DNA of 64,000 nucleotides from an uncultured Candidatus Rokubacteria bacterium. GTDB lineage: Bacteria > Methylomirabilota > Methylomirabilia > Rokubacteriales > DASRDR01. Each line of letters opens with the position of its first letter. Position 1 is the first letter of the stretch. Position numbers and translations under genes: made by a program. Below the pieces are notes generated by a model. The model saw nothing but the letters and a program-made list of their open reading frames with translations, was not told the origin of the DNA and ran no database searches. Location: assembly GCA_963805625.1 (NCBI GenBank), contig CAWDVE010000016.1, positions 96,001 through 160,000 of the forward strand, given 5' to 3'. Of this stretch, positions 38,226 through 48,124 are shown piece by piece.

Positions 38226-39035
38226 CTAACCCCCCGCGCTACGGAGCTGACGGGAGGGCTCGGAGTGGCCGGTCTGCGACGTGTGGCGGCCTGTGGGCTC
38301 GCGGACCAGGTCCGCGTGGCCGGCGGTCGTGTCGCCCGGCGGGATTCCTCGGGCCACCCGGAAGCCGTAGTCCGAGTAGCGAAGGTGGGGCGGCAGGCTC
38401 GAGCGGTGGGCCACCGGGCTCCACGGCTCCTGATGGCGCCAGGCGCCGCCGCGCGACACGCGGCGAGAGCCCTCCGGCGGACCCATCGGGGCGCGGACCG
38501 GCTCCGGGCCGTAGGCATCGGCGGCGTACCAATCCCGGCACCATTCGTGGACGACACCGGCGAGATCCGTCAGCCCGAAGCCGTTGGCCGGCCCCTGTCC
38601 GACGTGCGGCGGCGCGGGCAGGGGTCCCGGCCGATTCCCGAACCAGCGGGCGGGCGGCTCGTCGCCCCACGGGTAGCGGGCGCTCTCCCGGCCGCCCCGC
38701 GCGGCGCGCTCCCACTCCGCCTCGGTTGGCAGGCGGTGGGAGTGGCCACTCTCGCGTGTCAGCCACTCGCAGAAGAGAACGGCCTCGGCCCAGGTCACGC
38801 CCACGACCGGCTGCTCGGGATCCGAGAGCCGCGGATCGGCCCAGAAGGGCGGGGGCGGTGCACCGCTGGCCTGGAGGAATGTGCCGAACTCGGCATTGGT
38901 GACCGGCGTGCGACCCAGCCTGAAGCCGTCGACCCAGACGGGATGCGCGGGCCGGGCGTCGGGTAGGCCGGCGTCCCAGCCCATCTGGAACCACCCTGAC
39001 GGGATTTCCAGGAACTCCACGGGTTCGCCGGCCAT
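38226..39035 (-). CDS. SUMF1/EgtB/PvdO (FGE-sulfatase fold) family protein
   Basis: FQMG, PVTNAEF, RLPTEAEWERAARGG, NGFGL, RGGAW and GFRV motifs. Confidence 0.9.
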   Translation of the reverse strand: MAGEPVEFLEIPSGWFQMGWDAGLPDARPAHPVWVDGFRLGRTPVTNAEFGTFLQASGAPPPPFWADPRLSDPEQPVVGVTWAEAVLFCEWLTRESGHSHRLPTEAEWERAARGGRESARYPWGDEPPARWFGNRPGPLPAPPHVGQGPANGFGLTDLAGVVHEWCRDWYAADAYGPEPVRAPMGPPEGSRRVSRGGAWRHQEPWSPVAHRSSLPPHLRYSDYGFRVARGIPPGDTTAGHADLVREPTGRHTSQTGHSEPSRQLRSAGG

Positions 39036-39069
39036 TCTACGTGGGCAAGCTGCCTGCTAACATGAGCGC

Positions 39070-40584
39070 GTGCGCGTCGAGCCGCCGCCGGCCGATCCGA
39101 TTCTGGTTGCGCTGGACGTGGGCTCGTCCTCCGTGCGGGCGCTCGCCTTCGACCGGCTCGGGCGGGGACTCGACCTCGGGGGCCAGCAGCCGTACGAGCC
39201 GACGACGACGCCCGACGGCGGCGTCGAGATCGACGCCGACCGGCTGTTCGCGCTGACCGCCGAGGCGCTCGACACTCTCATGGCCATCCTCGGCCTGCGT
39301 ACCGGCGGCGTGGCGGCGGTCGCTCTGAGCACCTTCTGGCACACAGTGCTCGGTCTCGGACCGGACGATCGCCCATCGACCCCAGTCTATTCCTGGGCGG
39401 ACACGCGGAGCGTCGGCGCGGTGGGGGCGCTCCGCGCGCGGGTCGACGAGAAGGCGTATCACGCGCGGGTCGGATGCCGGCTTCACACGTCCTATCTCCC
39501 GGCGCGGCTCTGGTGGCTCCGCGAGCGCGACCCTGCCGCGTTTCGCGGGGTGCGACGCTGGGTCTCGTTCGGGGAGTACGTGGGGCTTCGTCTCTTCGGC
39601 GAGCTCCGCACGAGCGTCTCGATGGCGTCAGGGACCGGCCTCTTCGACCAGTGGGCGCAGCGCTGGGACCCTGGGATCCTCGAGCTCCTCGGGCTCGGCG
39701 TCGAGCACCTCGGCCCCATCGTCGACCTCGGCCAGCCCTTCCGCGGGCTCCGGCCCGAGTTCGCGGGGCGCTGGCCCGCGCTGGCGCGCGTTCCATGGCT
39801 GCCGGCGCTGGGCGACGGGGCGTGCTCCAACGTCGGCGCCGGCTGCACGACGGCAGAGCGGGCGGCGCTCATGGTCGGGACGTCCGGCGCGATGCGGGTC
39901 TGCTTTTCCGCCGACGCGGTAGCCATCCCGGACGGTCTCTGGTGCTACCGCGTGGACGGCCGCCGCCTCCTCCTGGGCGGCTCCCTGTCGAATGGCGGGA
40001 GCCTCTACGCGTGGCTCACCGAGACCCTCGACCTGCCCCCGCTCGAGCGCGTGGAGGAGACGCTCCAGGCGATGGAGCCCGATGCCCACGGCCTAACGAT
40101 GCTCCCGTTCCTGGCCGGGGAGCGGAGCCTCGGCTGGGTCGCCGGCGCGCGGGCCGCCGTCGTGGGTCTCTCGCTGGCGACGCGGCCCGTCGACATCGTG
40201 CGCGCAGCGCTCGAGACCGTGGCGTACCGCTTCGCGATGATCCACGAGCGGCTGCGCGACGCCTGTCCCGGGCTCCGGACGGTGGTCGGCACCGGCGCCG
40301 CGCTCCTGGCCTCGCCCGCGTGGATCCGGATCATGGCCGACGCCCTCGGGGTGGCGGTCACGCCGTCGGCGGAGCCCGAGGGATCGAGCCGTGGCGCGGT
40401 CCTTCTCGCGAGTGAGGCGCTCGGGCTGATTCCCTCCCTCGAATCGGCCCCGGCCGGCACGCGGCCGGTGATCCCGACCGATCCCGCGCGGCGGGCCCGG
40501 TACCGGGTCGGCCTGGCCCGGCACCGGCAGCTCTACGACCTTCTGGTGCCGCACACGACCGCGGAGAGGAGAGCGGTTTCATGA
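39070..40584 (+). CDS. gntK: Gluconokinase (FGGY family)
   Basis: [33 protein letters not shown] and PFLAGERS motifs; coupled to tkt. Confidence 0.85.
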   Translation: MRVEPPPADPILVALDVGSSSVRALAFDRLGRGLDLGGQQPYEPTTTPDGGVEIDADRLFALTAEALDTLMAILGLRTGGVAAVALSTFWHTVLGLGPDDRPSTPVYSWADTRSVGAVGALRARVDEKAYHARVGCRLHTSYLPARLWWLRERDPAAFRGVRRWVSFGEYVGLRLFGELRTSVSMASGTGLFDQWAQRWDPGILELLGLGVEHLGPIVDLGQPFRGLRPEFAGRWPALARVPWLPALGDGACSNVGAGCTTAERAALMVGTSGAMRVCFSADAVAIPDGLWCYRVDGRRLLLGGSLSNGGSLYAWLTETLDLPPLERVEETLQAMEPDAHGLTMLPFLAGERSLGWVAGARAAVVGLSLATRPVDIVRAALETVAYRFAMIHERLRDACPGLRTVVGTGAALLASPAWIRIMADALGVAVTPSAEPEGSSRGAVLLASEALGLIPSLESAPAGTRPVIPTDPARRARYRVGLARHRQLYDLLVPHTTAERRAVS

Positions 40585-42587
40585 CGGATCGGGATCTCGA
40601 CCAGCTCTGCATCAACACGATCCGGTTCCTGGCGGCCGACGCCGTCCAGCAGGCGAAGTCCGGCCATCCCGGCCTGCCGATGGGCGCGGCGGCGATGGCG
40701 TACGTTCTGTGGACGCGCTTCCTGCGCCATCACCCGGCCGATCCGGCGTGGCCCGATCGCGACCGCTTCGTCCTGTCCGCCGGCCACGGCTCGATGCTGC
40801 TCTACGCGCTGCTCCATCTCACGGGCTATGCCCTCCCGCTCGAGGAGATCAAGCGGTTCCGCCAGTGGGGATCGAAGACGCCGGGGCACCCGGAGTTCGG
40901 GGTCACCCCAGGGGTCGAGGCCACGACGGGCCCGCTCGGCCAGGGGCTCGCGAACGCCGTCGGCATGGTCATCGCCGAGCGCCACCTCGCCGCCCGGTTC
41001 AACCGGCCGGGTCACACCGTCGTCGACCACCACACGTATGTCCTCTGCTCGGACGGCGACCTCATGGAGGGCGTCGCTGCGGAGGCGGCGTCCCTCGCGG
41101 GGCACCTCGGGCTCGGCAAGCTGATCGCCCTCTACGACGACAACCAGGTGTCGCTCGCGGGGAAAGCGGCGCTGTCGTTCTCGGAGGACGTGCCTCGGCG
41201 GTTCGAGGGGCTCGGATGGGACACGCAGACCGTCCACGACGGCAACGATCTCGACGCGATCGACAAGGCCATCCGGGCCGCGCGGGCGGAGACGGCACGC
41301 CCGTCTCTCGTCGCCGTGCGGACGGTGATCGGCTTCGGGGCGCCGAAGAAGGCCGGAACCCACGAGGCCCACGGCGAGCCGCTGGGCGACGCGGAGCTCC
41401 GGGGCGCGAAGCAGGCCCTCGGCTGGCCGCTCGAGCCGTCATTCCTCCTTCCAGAGCCCGCGGTCCAACGCTTCCGCGAGGCCCTCGCCAGCGGGGCGCG
41501 CGCGGAGGCCGACTGGCGCGCGCGCCTTGATGCCTGGCGCAAGGCCTTTCCGGATCTCGCGGCCCAGTGGGCCCACGCCCAGGCGCGGGCGCTCACGCCG
41601 GGATGGGACCAGGATCTCCCGCGATTCCCGGCGGACGCGCCGGTGGCGACCCGCGACGCGAGCGGCGCCGTGCTCGCCGCCGTGTCGCCCCGCCTGCCCC
41701 ATCTGGTGGGCGGTGACGCCGACCTCGCCCCGTCGACCAAGACGCTCGTCAAGACGGCGGGGTCGTTCCTCCGCGGCACGCCCGAGGGGCGGCACCTCCA
41801 CTTCGGCGTCCGCGAGCACGCGATGGGGTCCATCGCCAACGGCATCACCTACCACGGCGGGCTGCTCGTGTTCTGCAGCACGTTCTTCGTCTTCTCCGAC
41901 TACATGCGCCCGGCGGTGCGGCTGGCCGCGCTCTCCGAGCTTCCCGTCGTGTATGTCTGGACGCACGACTCGATCGGGGTCGGGGAGGACGGGCCGACCC
42001 ACGAGCCCGTCGAGCACCTAGCGGCGCTCCGCGCGATGCCGAACCTGGTCGTCGTCCGTCCCGGCGACGCCGCCGAGACCGTGGTGGCCTGGCAGGTCGC
42101 GCTCGCGCGCCGCCACGGCCCGACCGCGCTCGTCCTCACGCGCCAGAAGGTGCCCGTGCTCGATCGGACGGTCTACGCGTCGGCCGAGGGTCTCCGGCGC
42201 GGCGCCTACGTTCTCGCGGAGGCGCCCGGCGGCACGCCCGACCTCGTCCTGATCGGGACGGGCTCGGAAGTCCAGCTCGTAGTCGCCGCGCAGGTCGCCC
42301 TCGCGAAGGACGGCATTCGCGCGCGAGTCGTCAGCATGCCCTCGTGGGAGCTGTTCGCTGCCGAGTCACTGGACTACCGCGAATCGGTGCTGCCCCGGGC
42401 CGTGCCGCGGCGGCTCGCGGTGGAAGCGGGCGCGACCTTCGGGTGGGACCGCTGGGTCGGGACCGCCGGAGCCGTCGTGGGGGTCGACCGCTTCGGCGCA
42501 TCGGCGCCGGGAGAGGTCGTCATGAAGGAGCTCGGGTTCACCGTGGAGCACGTCGTGACCCGGGCTCGCGCGCTCGTGGGCCGCTGA
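40581..42587 (+). CDS. tkt: Transketolase
   Basis: [39 protein letters not shown] and [13 protein letters not shown] motifs. Confidence 0.97.
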   Translation: MTDRDLDQLCINTIRFLAADAVQQAKSGHPGLPMGAAAMAYVLWTRFLRHHPADPAWPDRDRFVLSAGHGSMLLYALLHLTGYALPLEEIKRFRQWGSKTPGHPEFGVTPGVEATTGPLGQGLANAVGMVIAERHLAARFNRPGHTVVDHHTYVLCSDGDLMEGVAAEAASLAGHLGLGKLIALYDDNQVSLAGKAALSFSEDVPRRFEGLGWDTQTVHDGNDLDAIDKAIRAARAETARPSLVAVRTVIGFGAPKKAGTHEAHGEPLGDAELRGAKQALGWPLEPSFLLPEPAVQRFREALASGARAEADWRARLDAWRKAFPDLAAQWAHAQARALTPGWDQDLPRFPADAPVATRDASGAVLAAVSPRLPHLVGGDADLAPSTKTLVKTAGSFLRGTPEGRHLHFGVREHAMGSIANGITYHGGLLVFCSTFFVFSDYMRPAVRLAALSELPVVYVWTHDSIGVGEDGPTHEPVEHLAALRAMPNLVVVRPGDAAETVVAWQVALARRHGPTALVLTRQKVPVLDRTVYASAEGLRRGAYVLAEAPGGTPDLVLIGTGSEVQLVVAAQVALAKDGIRARVVSMPSWELFAAESLDYRESVLPRAVPRRLAVEAGATFGWDRWVGTAGAVVGVDRFGASAPGEVVMKELGFTVEHVVTRARALVGR

Positions 42588-42609
42588 TCCGGTTCGCGCC
42601 GCGATCAGC

Positions 42610-43788
42610 GTGCGGCGTCCGTTTGTCGTCCTCTGGCTCGCGACGCTCCTCTTCTATCTCGGGTTCCAGCTGCTGCTGCCGGTCATCCCGCTCTACGCCA
42701 CCGAGCTCGGGGCTCGGGAGGCGCACGTCGGTTTCATCATCGGGGTCTTTGCCCTCGCGGCAATGGTGCCGCGCCCGATCGCCGGCGACCTCGCCGACCG
42801 GATCGGCCGCCGGCCCCTTGTCCTTCTAGGTACCGCCATCTTCGCGCTGGCGCCGCTCGGCTACGCGGTTGTCGGGACGATTCCCGGACTGCTCGTCCTG
42901 CGGCTGTTCCACGGCACGGGCATGGGGTTCGGCCCGACGGCCGCTACCGTGATAGCCACGGATCTGACGTCCCCTGAGCGGCGTGGCGCCGCGATGGGCG
43001 TCTACGGTCTCGCTTCGGCGGTCGCACTCGCCGTCGGGCCGTACCTGGGAGGCGAACTGGTTCAACGCCTGGGCTTCACCTGGACGTTTCTCGTGGCCGC
43101 GGCGATCGAAGCAGGAGCCCTCGCCCTGGCGTGGACCCTGCCGGAGACGCGGCCCGCCGGCGGACTTGCCCGGGCTCCGGCCGAGCCGCCGGACGGGTTG
43201 GTGTCCGCCCGGGGGATGCTCGCGCGTTTCTGGCACCGCTGGTTCAGCACGGCCGCGGTCTACCCGTCGGGGCTCGTCCTGGCGCTCTACATCTCGTACG
43301 GCGGTCTCGCTGCGCTCCTGCCCCTCTTCGCCGAGCGCCGCCAGCTGGGGAACCCGGGGCTCTTCTTCACGGTCTTCGCCCTGGTCAGCCTCGCGGTCCG
43401 ATCCCCTGCGGGCCGGCTCTCGGATCGCGTGGGCCGGCGGGCTGTGATCGCACCGGCCCTGGCCATCTCCGGTGGGGGTCTTGTCCTGCTCGGGCTCGCG
43501 GCGTCGCAGGGGACATTCCTCGGCGCGGCGGGACTCTACGGCGTCGGCTTCGGAGCGGGACAGCCTGCGTTCCTCGCGATGACGGCCGACCGCGTCCCGC
43601 CGGGGGAGCGCGGGCGTGCGATGGGCACCCTCTACACCGCGTGGGAGCTCGGCATCTCGGGGGGCTCGATCGTGCTGGGGCTCTGCGCGACCCGGCTCGG
43701 ATACGCGGCGACATGGTGGATCGCCGCTGCGATCGTGGGGGTGGGGGCGATCGCGGCGCTCTACCCGGGTGGCCGGCCACGCGGGTGA
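42610..43788 (+). CDS. MFS transporter
   Basis: GDLADRIGRR motif A; about 12 TM helices. Confidence 0.9.
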   Translation: MRRPFVVLWLATLLFYLGFQLLLPVIPLYATELGAREAHVGFIIGVFALAAMVPRPIAGDLADRIGRRPLVLLGTAIFALAPLGYAVVGTIPGLLVLRLFHGTGMGFGPTAATVIATDLTSPERRGAAMGVYGLASAVALAVGPYLGGELVQRLGFTWTFLVAAAIEAGALALAWTLPETRPAGGLARAPAEPPDGLVSARGMLARFWHRWFSTAAVYPSGLVLALYISYGGLAALLPLFAERRQLGNPGLFFTVFALVSLAVRSPAGRLSDRVGRRAVIAPALAISGGGLVLLGLAASQGTFLGAAGLYGVGFGAGQPAFLAMTADRVPPGERGRAMGTLYTAWELGISGGSIVLGLCATRLGYAATWWIAAAIVGVGAIAALYPGGRPRG

Positions 43789-43828
43789 GGAGGTTCCGAG
43801 CGCTCCGGTTCTGGCCGGGTCGGCAGCG

Positions 43829-44773
43829 TCAGCGCGCGGCGCCGCGCTCGCCGCTTGCGGGCCGCAGCACCCGCGGCGCCCGGGCGACGTCGGCAGTGCC
43901 ACCCGGCACGAGCTGAAACCCGAGCCGCGTCCACGTCTCGGGGGGCGAGCCCCGTCGCTCGGTGTGGCGGCGCTCGTGGCCGGTCGGGCGCCGCGCTCCC
44001 CGTCGCCGCTCGCTGCGACGACGGTCCCAGATCACAGCGAGACCGGGTCCCGCTGCCCCAACCTCGACGGCGCGGTAGAGGTCGCCCCGTCCCCGCTGGA
44101 CGACGACGAGCGCGTCGGCTGCCGCGCCGGACTCCTTGTTGCCCGCGGTCTCTATCTTGGCCGGCGAGGAACCTGGGACGAGCCGCTGCCGGAGCTGCTG
44201 GACGTAGCCTACGCGGAGGGCCGTAGCGGCTTCGTCCAGCGCCCGGGCGATCTGGTGCACCCCGTCCTGAGTGTCGGTGACGAGACCCCGGAGCATCCCG
44301 ACCTCGTGATCGAGTGCGACCATCCGGCGCCGGAGGCTGCGCAGCTCGCGCCAGAGCAAGACGCCTACCGCTGCCATCGCGGCGAGGGCCAGGAGGGCGA
44401 GGGCGGCGGCGGCGCTCACCAGCAGGCGGTCGAGCCACCCGGCGCCCGCCGCGCTCGCGGGGGTGAGGCTCAGGACGGTGAGGAGGCCGTGCGACTCGTC
44501 CGTGGCGCCGAGCGTGAAGCGGACCCGGTCCCCGGGGCGCACGCTCTGGACCACACCCTGGACCGGGAACTCCGACTGCGCCGCGGGGAGGAGCCCCGGG
44601 ATGCCGCTGTGCTCGATCGTCACGGTACTCCGTCCTGGATCGACCGCGATGATGCGGCCCTGTCCGTCGAAACTCGGAGCCGCCCCGGCCGGCCCCGCGG
44701 CCCAGAGGCCAAGGGCAAGACCGAGCGCGATTCTCAGGGCTGGACCGACGGGCCACCAGCGCCGACTATCCAT
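43829..44773 (-). CDS. Membrane protein: CusF-like periplasmic domain, TM helix, coiled coil and C-terminal DRR/ERR domain
   Basis: Signal peptide; VTIEHSGIPG...VRPGDRVRFTL; hydrophobic helix; VIWDRRRSERR...ERR..ERR. Confidence 0.75.
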   Translation of the reverse strand: MDSRRWWPVGPALRIALGLALGLWAAGPAGAAPSFDGQGRIIAVDPGRSTVTIEHSGIPGLLPAAQSEFPVQGVVQSVRPGDRVRFTLGATDESHGLLTVLSLTPASAAGAGWLDRLLVSAAAALALLALAAMAAVGVLLWRELRSLRRRMVALDHEVGMLRGLVTDTQDGVHQIARALDEAATALRVGYVQQLRQRLVPGSSPAKIETAGNKESGAAADALVVVQRGRGDLYRAVEVGAAGPGLAVIWDRRRSERRRGARRPTGHERRHTERRGSPPETWTRLGFQLVPGGTADVARAPRVLRPASGERGAAR

Positions 44774-44817
44774 CCGTCACCATCCGTGACCCCCTCCGAT
44801 CGAAGCCGGGTAGGCAG

Positions 44818-44846
44818 ACGGTAGGCGGCCAGCGGGGTGGCGTCAA
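44818..44846 (-). promoter_or_regulatory. Putative promoter of the CusF-like gene
   Basis: TTGACG-17 nt-TACCGT. Confidence 0.5.
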
Positions 44847-44880
44847 GGGCCTTCGGCCGTTGCGGGCCTTCGGCCGTTGC
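44847..44880. repeat. Two perfect tandem 17-bp repeats (gggccttcggccgttgc)
   Basis: 44847-44863 is identical to 44864-44880. Confidence 0.9.
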
Positions 44881-45014
44881 CACCCCTGGCACGGGGCCCC
44901 CAGCGGGGACCCACGCTCTTCACGTGTTTGGGGGTCGACAGACTTGCGATCCGGCGAGGCGCTGGGCTATCGTGAGTCTCCCCGTTCCTGTGACCTGGGG
45001 CAGGAGGACGTGCG

Positions 45015-45476
45015 ATGGGTGAGGTGAAGTTCGGAGAGTTGCGGTCGGTCGTGGAGGCGGTCCGGCAGATCGTCCTGGACTGGGACGGGTTCGTCTCCAA
45101 CGTCGAGGCCCTCGCCCGGGAGCACGACGAGTATCGCCAGAGCGCCGATCGTCTGGCCTGGGAGCTCGGCGAGCTACGCGCCGCGCACGAGCGCCTCGGT
45201 CACGAGCATGACGAGGCTCGTACGGCGCTGGCATCGCTCCGCGCGAGCCAGGACGCGTTGACGCGCGAGCACGGACGGCTTGGTCAGGAGCGCGAGGAAG
45301 CGCAGCGAGCCCTGACGGCGCTCCGCGCGAGCCACGACACGCTGGCCCAGGAACGTGAGCGTCTCCAGCGCGAGCTCGCCGACATGCAGGAGCGTCACGA
45401 GGCTGTGATGCGCGAGCGGCACCGCGCGGGCGAAGAGCTCGAGGCGATCCTCCGCCGGTTCCGCGCCTCCGCCTGA
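45015..45476 (+). CDS. Coiled-coil protein with 28-aa internal repeat
   Basis: AGGAGG RBS; upstream TTGCGA-18-TATCGT; 84-nt periodicity. Confidence 0.75.
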   Translation: MGEVKFGELRSVVEAVRQIVLDWDGFVSNVEALAREHDEYRQSADRLAWELGELRAAHERLGHEHDEARTALASLRASQDALTREHGRLGQEREEAQRALTALRASHDTLAQERERLQRELADMQERHEAVMRERHRAGEELEAILRRFRASA

Positions 45477-45501
45477 CTCGCGGCCTCGCTCGTCGGCCGG
45501 C

Positions 45502-48027
45502 TCACCTCGCGTGGCCACCGGCCACTTCGCCGAAGACGAGGTCCTCCAGCCACTCGATGCGGATCCGGTCGGGCCCCAGGAGGCTTCCGCCGTAGCTCTC
45601 GCTGACCGATCGACGCGTCGTCCAGAGGATGACTTGCTTTCCCTGGGCCTGGAGCGTCTTGACGACCTCGTGAAAGTCTCCGTCCCCTGTCCCGATGACG
45701 TACACCGGGATCTCGGGATACTCCCGCAGGACGAAGTGGATCTTCTCCCGCAGCAAGTGATCGGAGGCGTTGGCCTTCTCGCGCCCGGCGATGTCCGTGG
45801 AGAAGCGCGCGTTCCGGACGGCCTTCTGATCGCCTTCGAAGAAGTCCCGGTCCCAGTCGGCGACGGCCCACCGCTGCCGGGGGAGACCGTGCCGCCAGGC
45901 CGCGTCGAGGAGCCGGGAGGCAAGCTCCACGCCCATGAGCCTCGCGCGCCCGACCTGCGCCCGGGGCTCCGGGAGATCGTCCAGGTGGCGAGCGAGGCTC
46001 ACCTTCACGTTCTCCCAGTCGAGCATCAAGGCGAGGGCCGCGCGGCGCGCGGCCGGATCTCCGGCCGACGGTCGGCTGCCTTCAGGCGTGTCACGCTCCG
46101 GCGTCACGGTCCCCGCCGGCTCGGCCCCGCTGCCCGGCGCCCCGCCGTCCTCGCCCGCCCCGCTTCCCCCGACGTCGGCGAGCGGCGCGCCGAGCCGCTC
46201 GGCCCACAGGCGCGCGTCGGCCTCCGAGAAGCTCGTCTCCGGCCAGCTCTGCCGGAGAACTCGGAGCGCGTCCTCGCGGAACCCGTGCCGCTGACCCCAG
46301 CCGAGGAGGGCGCGCAAGAGCTGGGCCTTCTTTCGGGGATCGACGTTGCGCCGGTGCTGGGTGACCCGCCAGCTGTGGAGCCGGCAGCGCCAGCTGGCGG
46401 CGAGGTCCCCGGCCTCCTCGTTGAGCGTGGCCGCGCAGTCCCAGTTCTTGAAGACTCCCGCCTCGGGGCCGGCCGCGACGCGCTGCCGGAACCACTCGAC
46501 ACCCGTGGCGACCAGCGAGGTCTCGATGAACTCACGCGTCAGCTGGTCCAGCTCCTCGAAGAGCAGGCGCTCCCGCGGGTCAGGGAAGATGCGATCCGGA
46601 TCCCGGAGGATGCGGTTGATCCGACGAAAGTGGTCGCGGAACCGCGCAGCCGCGCCTCCGCTGCCGGGCGCTTCTGCGTCCTGGAGCGCCGCGAGGAGGT
46701 GCGCCTCGTAATGGCGCGCGCGGAGGCAGAGCGCCGCGAGCACATCCAGGCGGCTCTGCTCGATGGCCCAGAGGAGGCACAGCTCGAAGGCCTCCGTCGG
46801 GTGGGCGTCCAGGTCGAGGACGGGTAGCAGGACGTCGAGCGCCTCGTCCGCGCGGGACGGCAGGCGGCGCAGCGCGCAGGCGAGGTTCCAACGCGCGGTC
46901 CATCCACGGTGCTCGTGGAAGCGGTCGGAGGCAATGGCGGCCTCGAGCAGCTCGATGACGTCGTGAATGTCCGTGCCCTGACCAAACAAGGTTAGCGCGT
47001 AGGCGTACCACTCCTTGGCGATGGTATTCGTGCTGCGGCGGTAGTGAAGGTCGGCGAACTCGTCGAGCGCCCGGGGATCCCGCCGGAGGAGGAGCTCGCG
47101 AGCCTGGTGAAAGGCGGGGTCGGGGGCGCCCACGACCCGCAGCTCCGAGACCGGCTCGCGGTGCTCGGGCTTCGCGTCGAGCCGGAGGCGTAGGTTTCCT
47201 TCCAGCTCGTCCCGCACGTCGGCCAGGGCTTGCGCGAGCGCCTCGGTATCGCCCCGCTCGACCGCGTGGCGGATCTCCCCCCAGATGATCGGTGTCACCA
47301 GGGTTGACAGCGGCTCGGGGCGCCGCGCGGCGCGCTGCGCACGCCGGACGGCGGCGGGGGCGATCCGCTCGCCGATGTCCGCCCAGTCCCGACGGATGCG
47401 CTCGAGCCGTGTCGGCACCTCGAGCTCGAGGACGGCCTCGATATTCTCCCGGATCAGGCGGTCGCGCGCCTCCGGGTCGCTTTCGGCCGCGAGCCGCGCG
47501 CGCTCGAGCTCGAGCAGGATCATCTCGTCGATGGCCAGCGCCACCTGGGTGGGCAGCGTGCCCCACGCCGAGCTGACGAACGCCGCCATGGCGGCCCGCA
47601 CGGCGCGCACGTCGGCGTCCCCCCGCCGGCACCGAGCGACCTGGTCGGTCACGAGGGCGCGCACCGCGTTCCCGAGGGCCTGGCGCATCGGACGGGTCGC
47701 GTGCATCAGCGGGCTGGCCCGCCGGAACAGCTCGTGCGCCGCCTGAAAGAGGCGGAGCGCCTCGCCGAGGTCGCCGTCCCGGGCTGCGCGGCGCCCGAGC
47801 ACGTCGAGCGCGAAGCCGAGCGTGGTGAGGTCCCGGCTCCGGGAGCCGTTCCGGACCTCCGCGGCGCCGGGGACGTCGCCCTTCAGGATTTCTACGGCGG
47901 TGCGATTCTTCTCGAGGTGCTCGGGGGGAAGATCCTGGAGGTGGATCTCAACCACAGCCACGAGCCCGGGAAGAGCATCGACGATCTGCTCGGCGGACCA
48001 AAGCGGCCACTCGACAACCTTGTCCAT
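45502..48027 (-). CDS. Helical-repeat (TPR-like) protein with C-terminal NYN/LabA (PIN-like) domain
   Basis: C-terminal LMLDWENV...NASD...GTGDGDF; Ala/Leu-rich paired helices upstream. Confidence 0.8.
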   Translation of the reverse strand: MDKVVEWPLWSAEQIVDALPGLVAVVEIHLQDLPPEHLEKNRTAVEILKGDVPGAAEVRNGSRSRDLTTLGFALDVLGRRAARDGDLGEALRLFQAAHELFRRASPLMHATRPMRQALGNAVRALVTDQVARCRRGDADVRAVRAAMAAFVSSAWGTLPTQVALAIDEMILLELERARLAAESDPEARDRLIRENIEAVLELEVPTRLERIRRDWADIGERIAPAAVRRAQRAARRPEPLSTLVTPIIWGEIRHAVERGDTEALAQALADVRDELEGNLRLRLDAKPEHREPVSELRVVGAPDPAFHQARELLLRRDPRALDEFADLHYRRSTNTIAKEWYAYALTLFGQGTDIHDVIELLEAAIASDRFHEHRGWTARWNLACALRRLPSRADEALDVLLPVLDLDAHPTEAFELCLLWAIEQSRLDVLAALCLRARHYEAHLLAALQDAEAPGSGGAAARFRDHFRRINRILRDPDRIFPDPRERLLFEELDQLTREFIETSLVATGVEWFRQRVAAGPEAGVFKNWDCAATLNEEAGDLAASWRCRLHSWRVTQHRRNVDPRKKAQLLRALLGWGQRHGFREDALRVLRQSWPETSFSEADARLWAERLGAPLADVGGSGAGEDGGAPGSGAEPAGTVTPERDTPEGSRPSAGDPAARRAALALMLDWENVKVSLARHLDDLPEPRAQVGRARLMGVELASRLLDAAWRHGLPRQRWAVADWDRDFFEGDQKAVRNARFSTDIAGREKANASDHLLREKIHFVLREYPEIPVYVIGTGDGDFHEVVKTLQAQGKQVILWTTRRSVSESYGGSLLGPDRIRIEWLEDLVFGEVAGGHAR

Positions 48028-48124
48028 GCGGGATCACTCCAACTGAGCCTCAAGGATTGAAAGATTCGCCTCCGACCTGGAGCCGGAGGGAGAAGGAGGG
48101 CGTCGCGACCCAGGGGGGCGGCTC

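Noticed and set aside
38226-39035. FGE/CLec-fold gene as a diversity-generating retroelement target
   Set aside because: No reverse transcriptase or template repeat seen in the window.
44847-44880. Direct repeats as a CRISPR array
   Set aside because: Only two adjacent 17-bp copies, no spacer and no cas genes.
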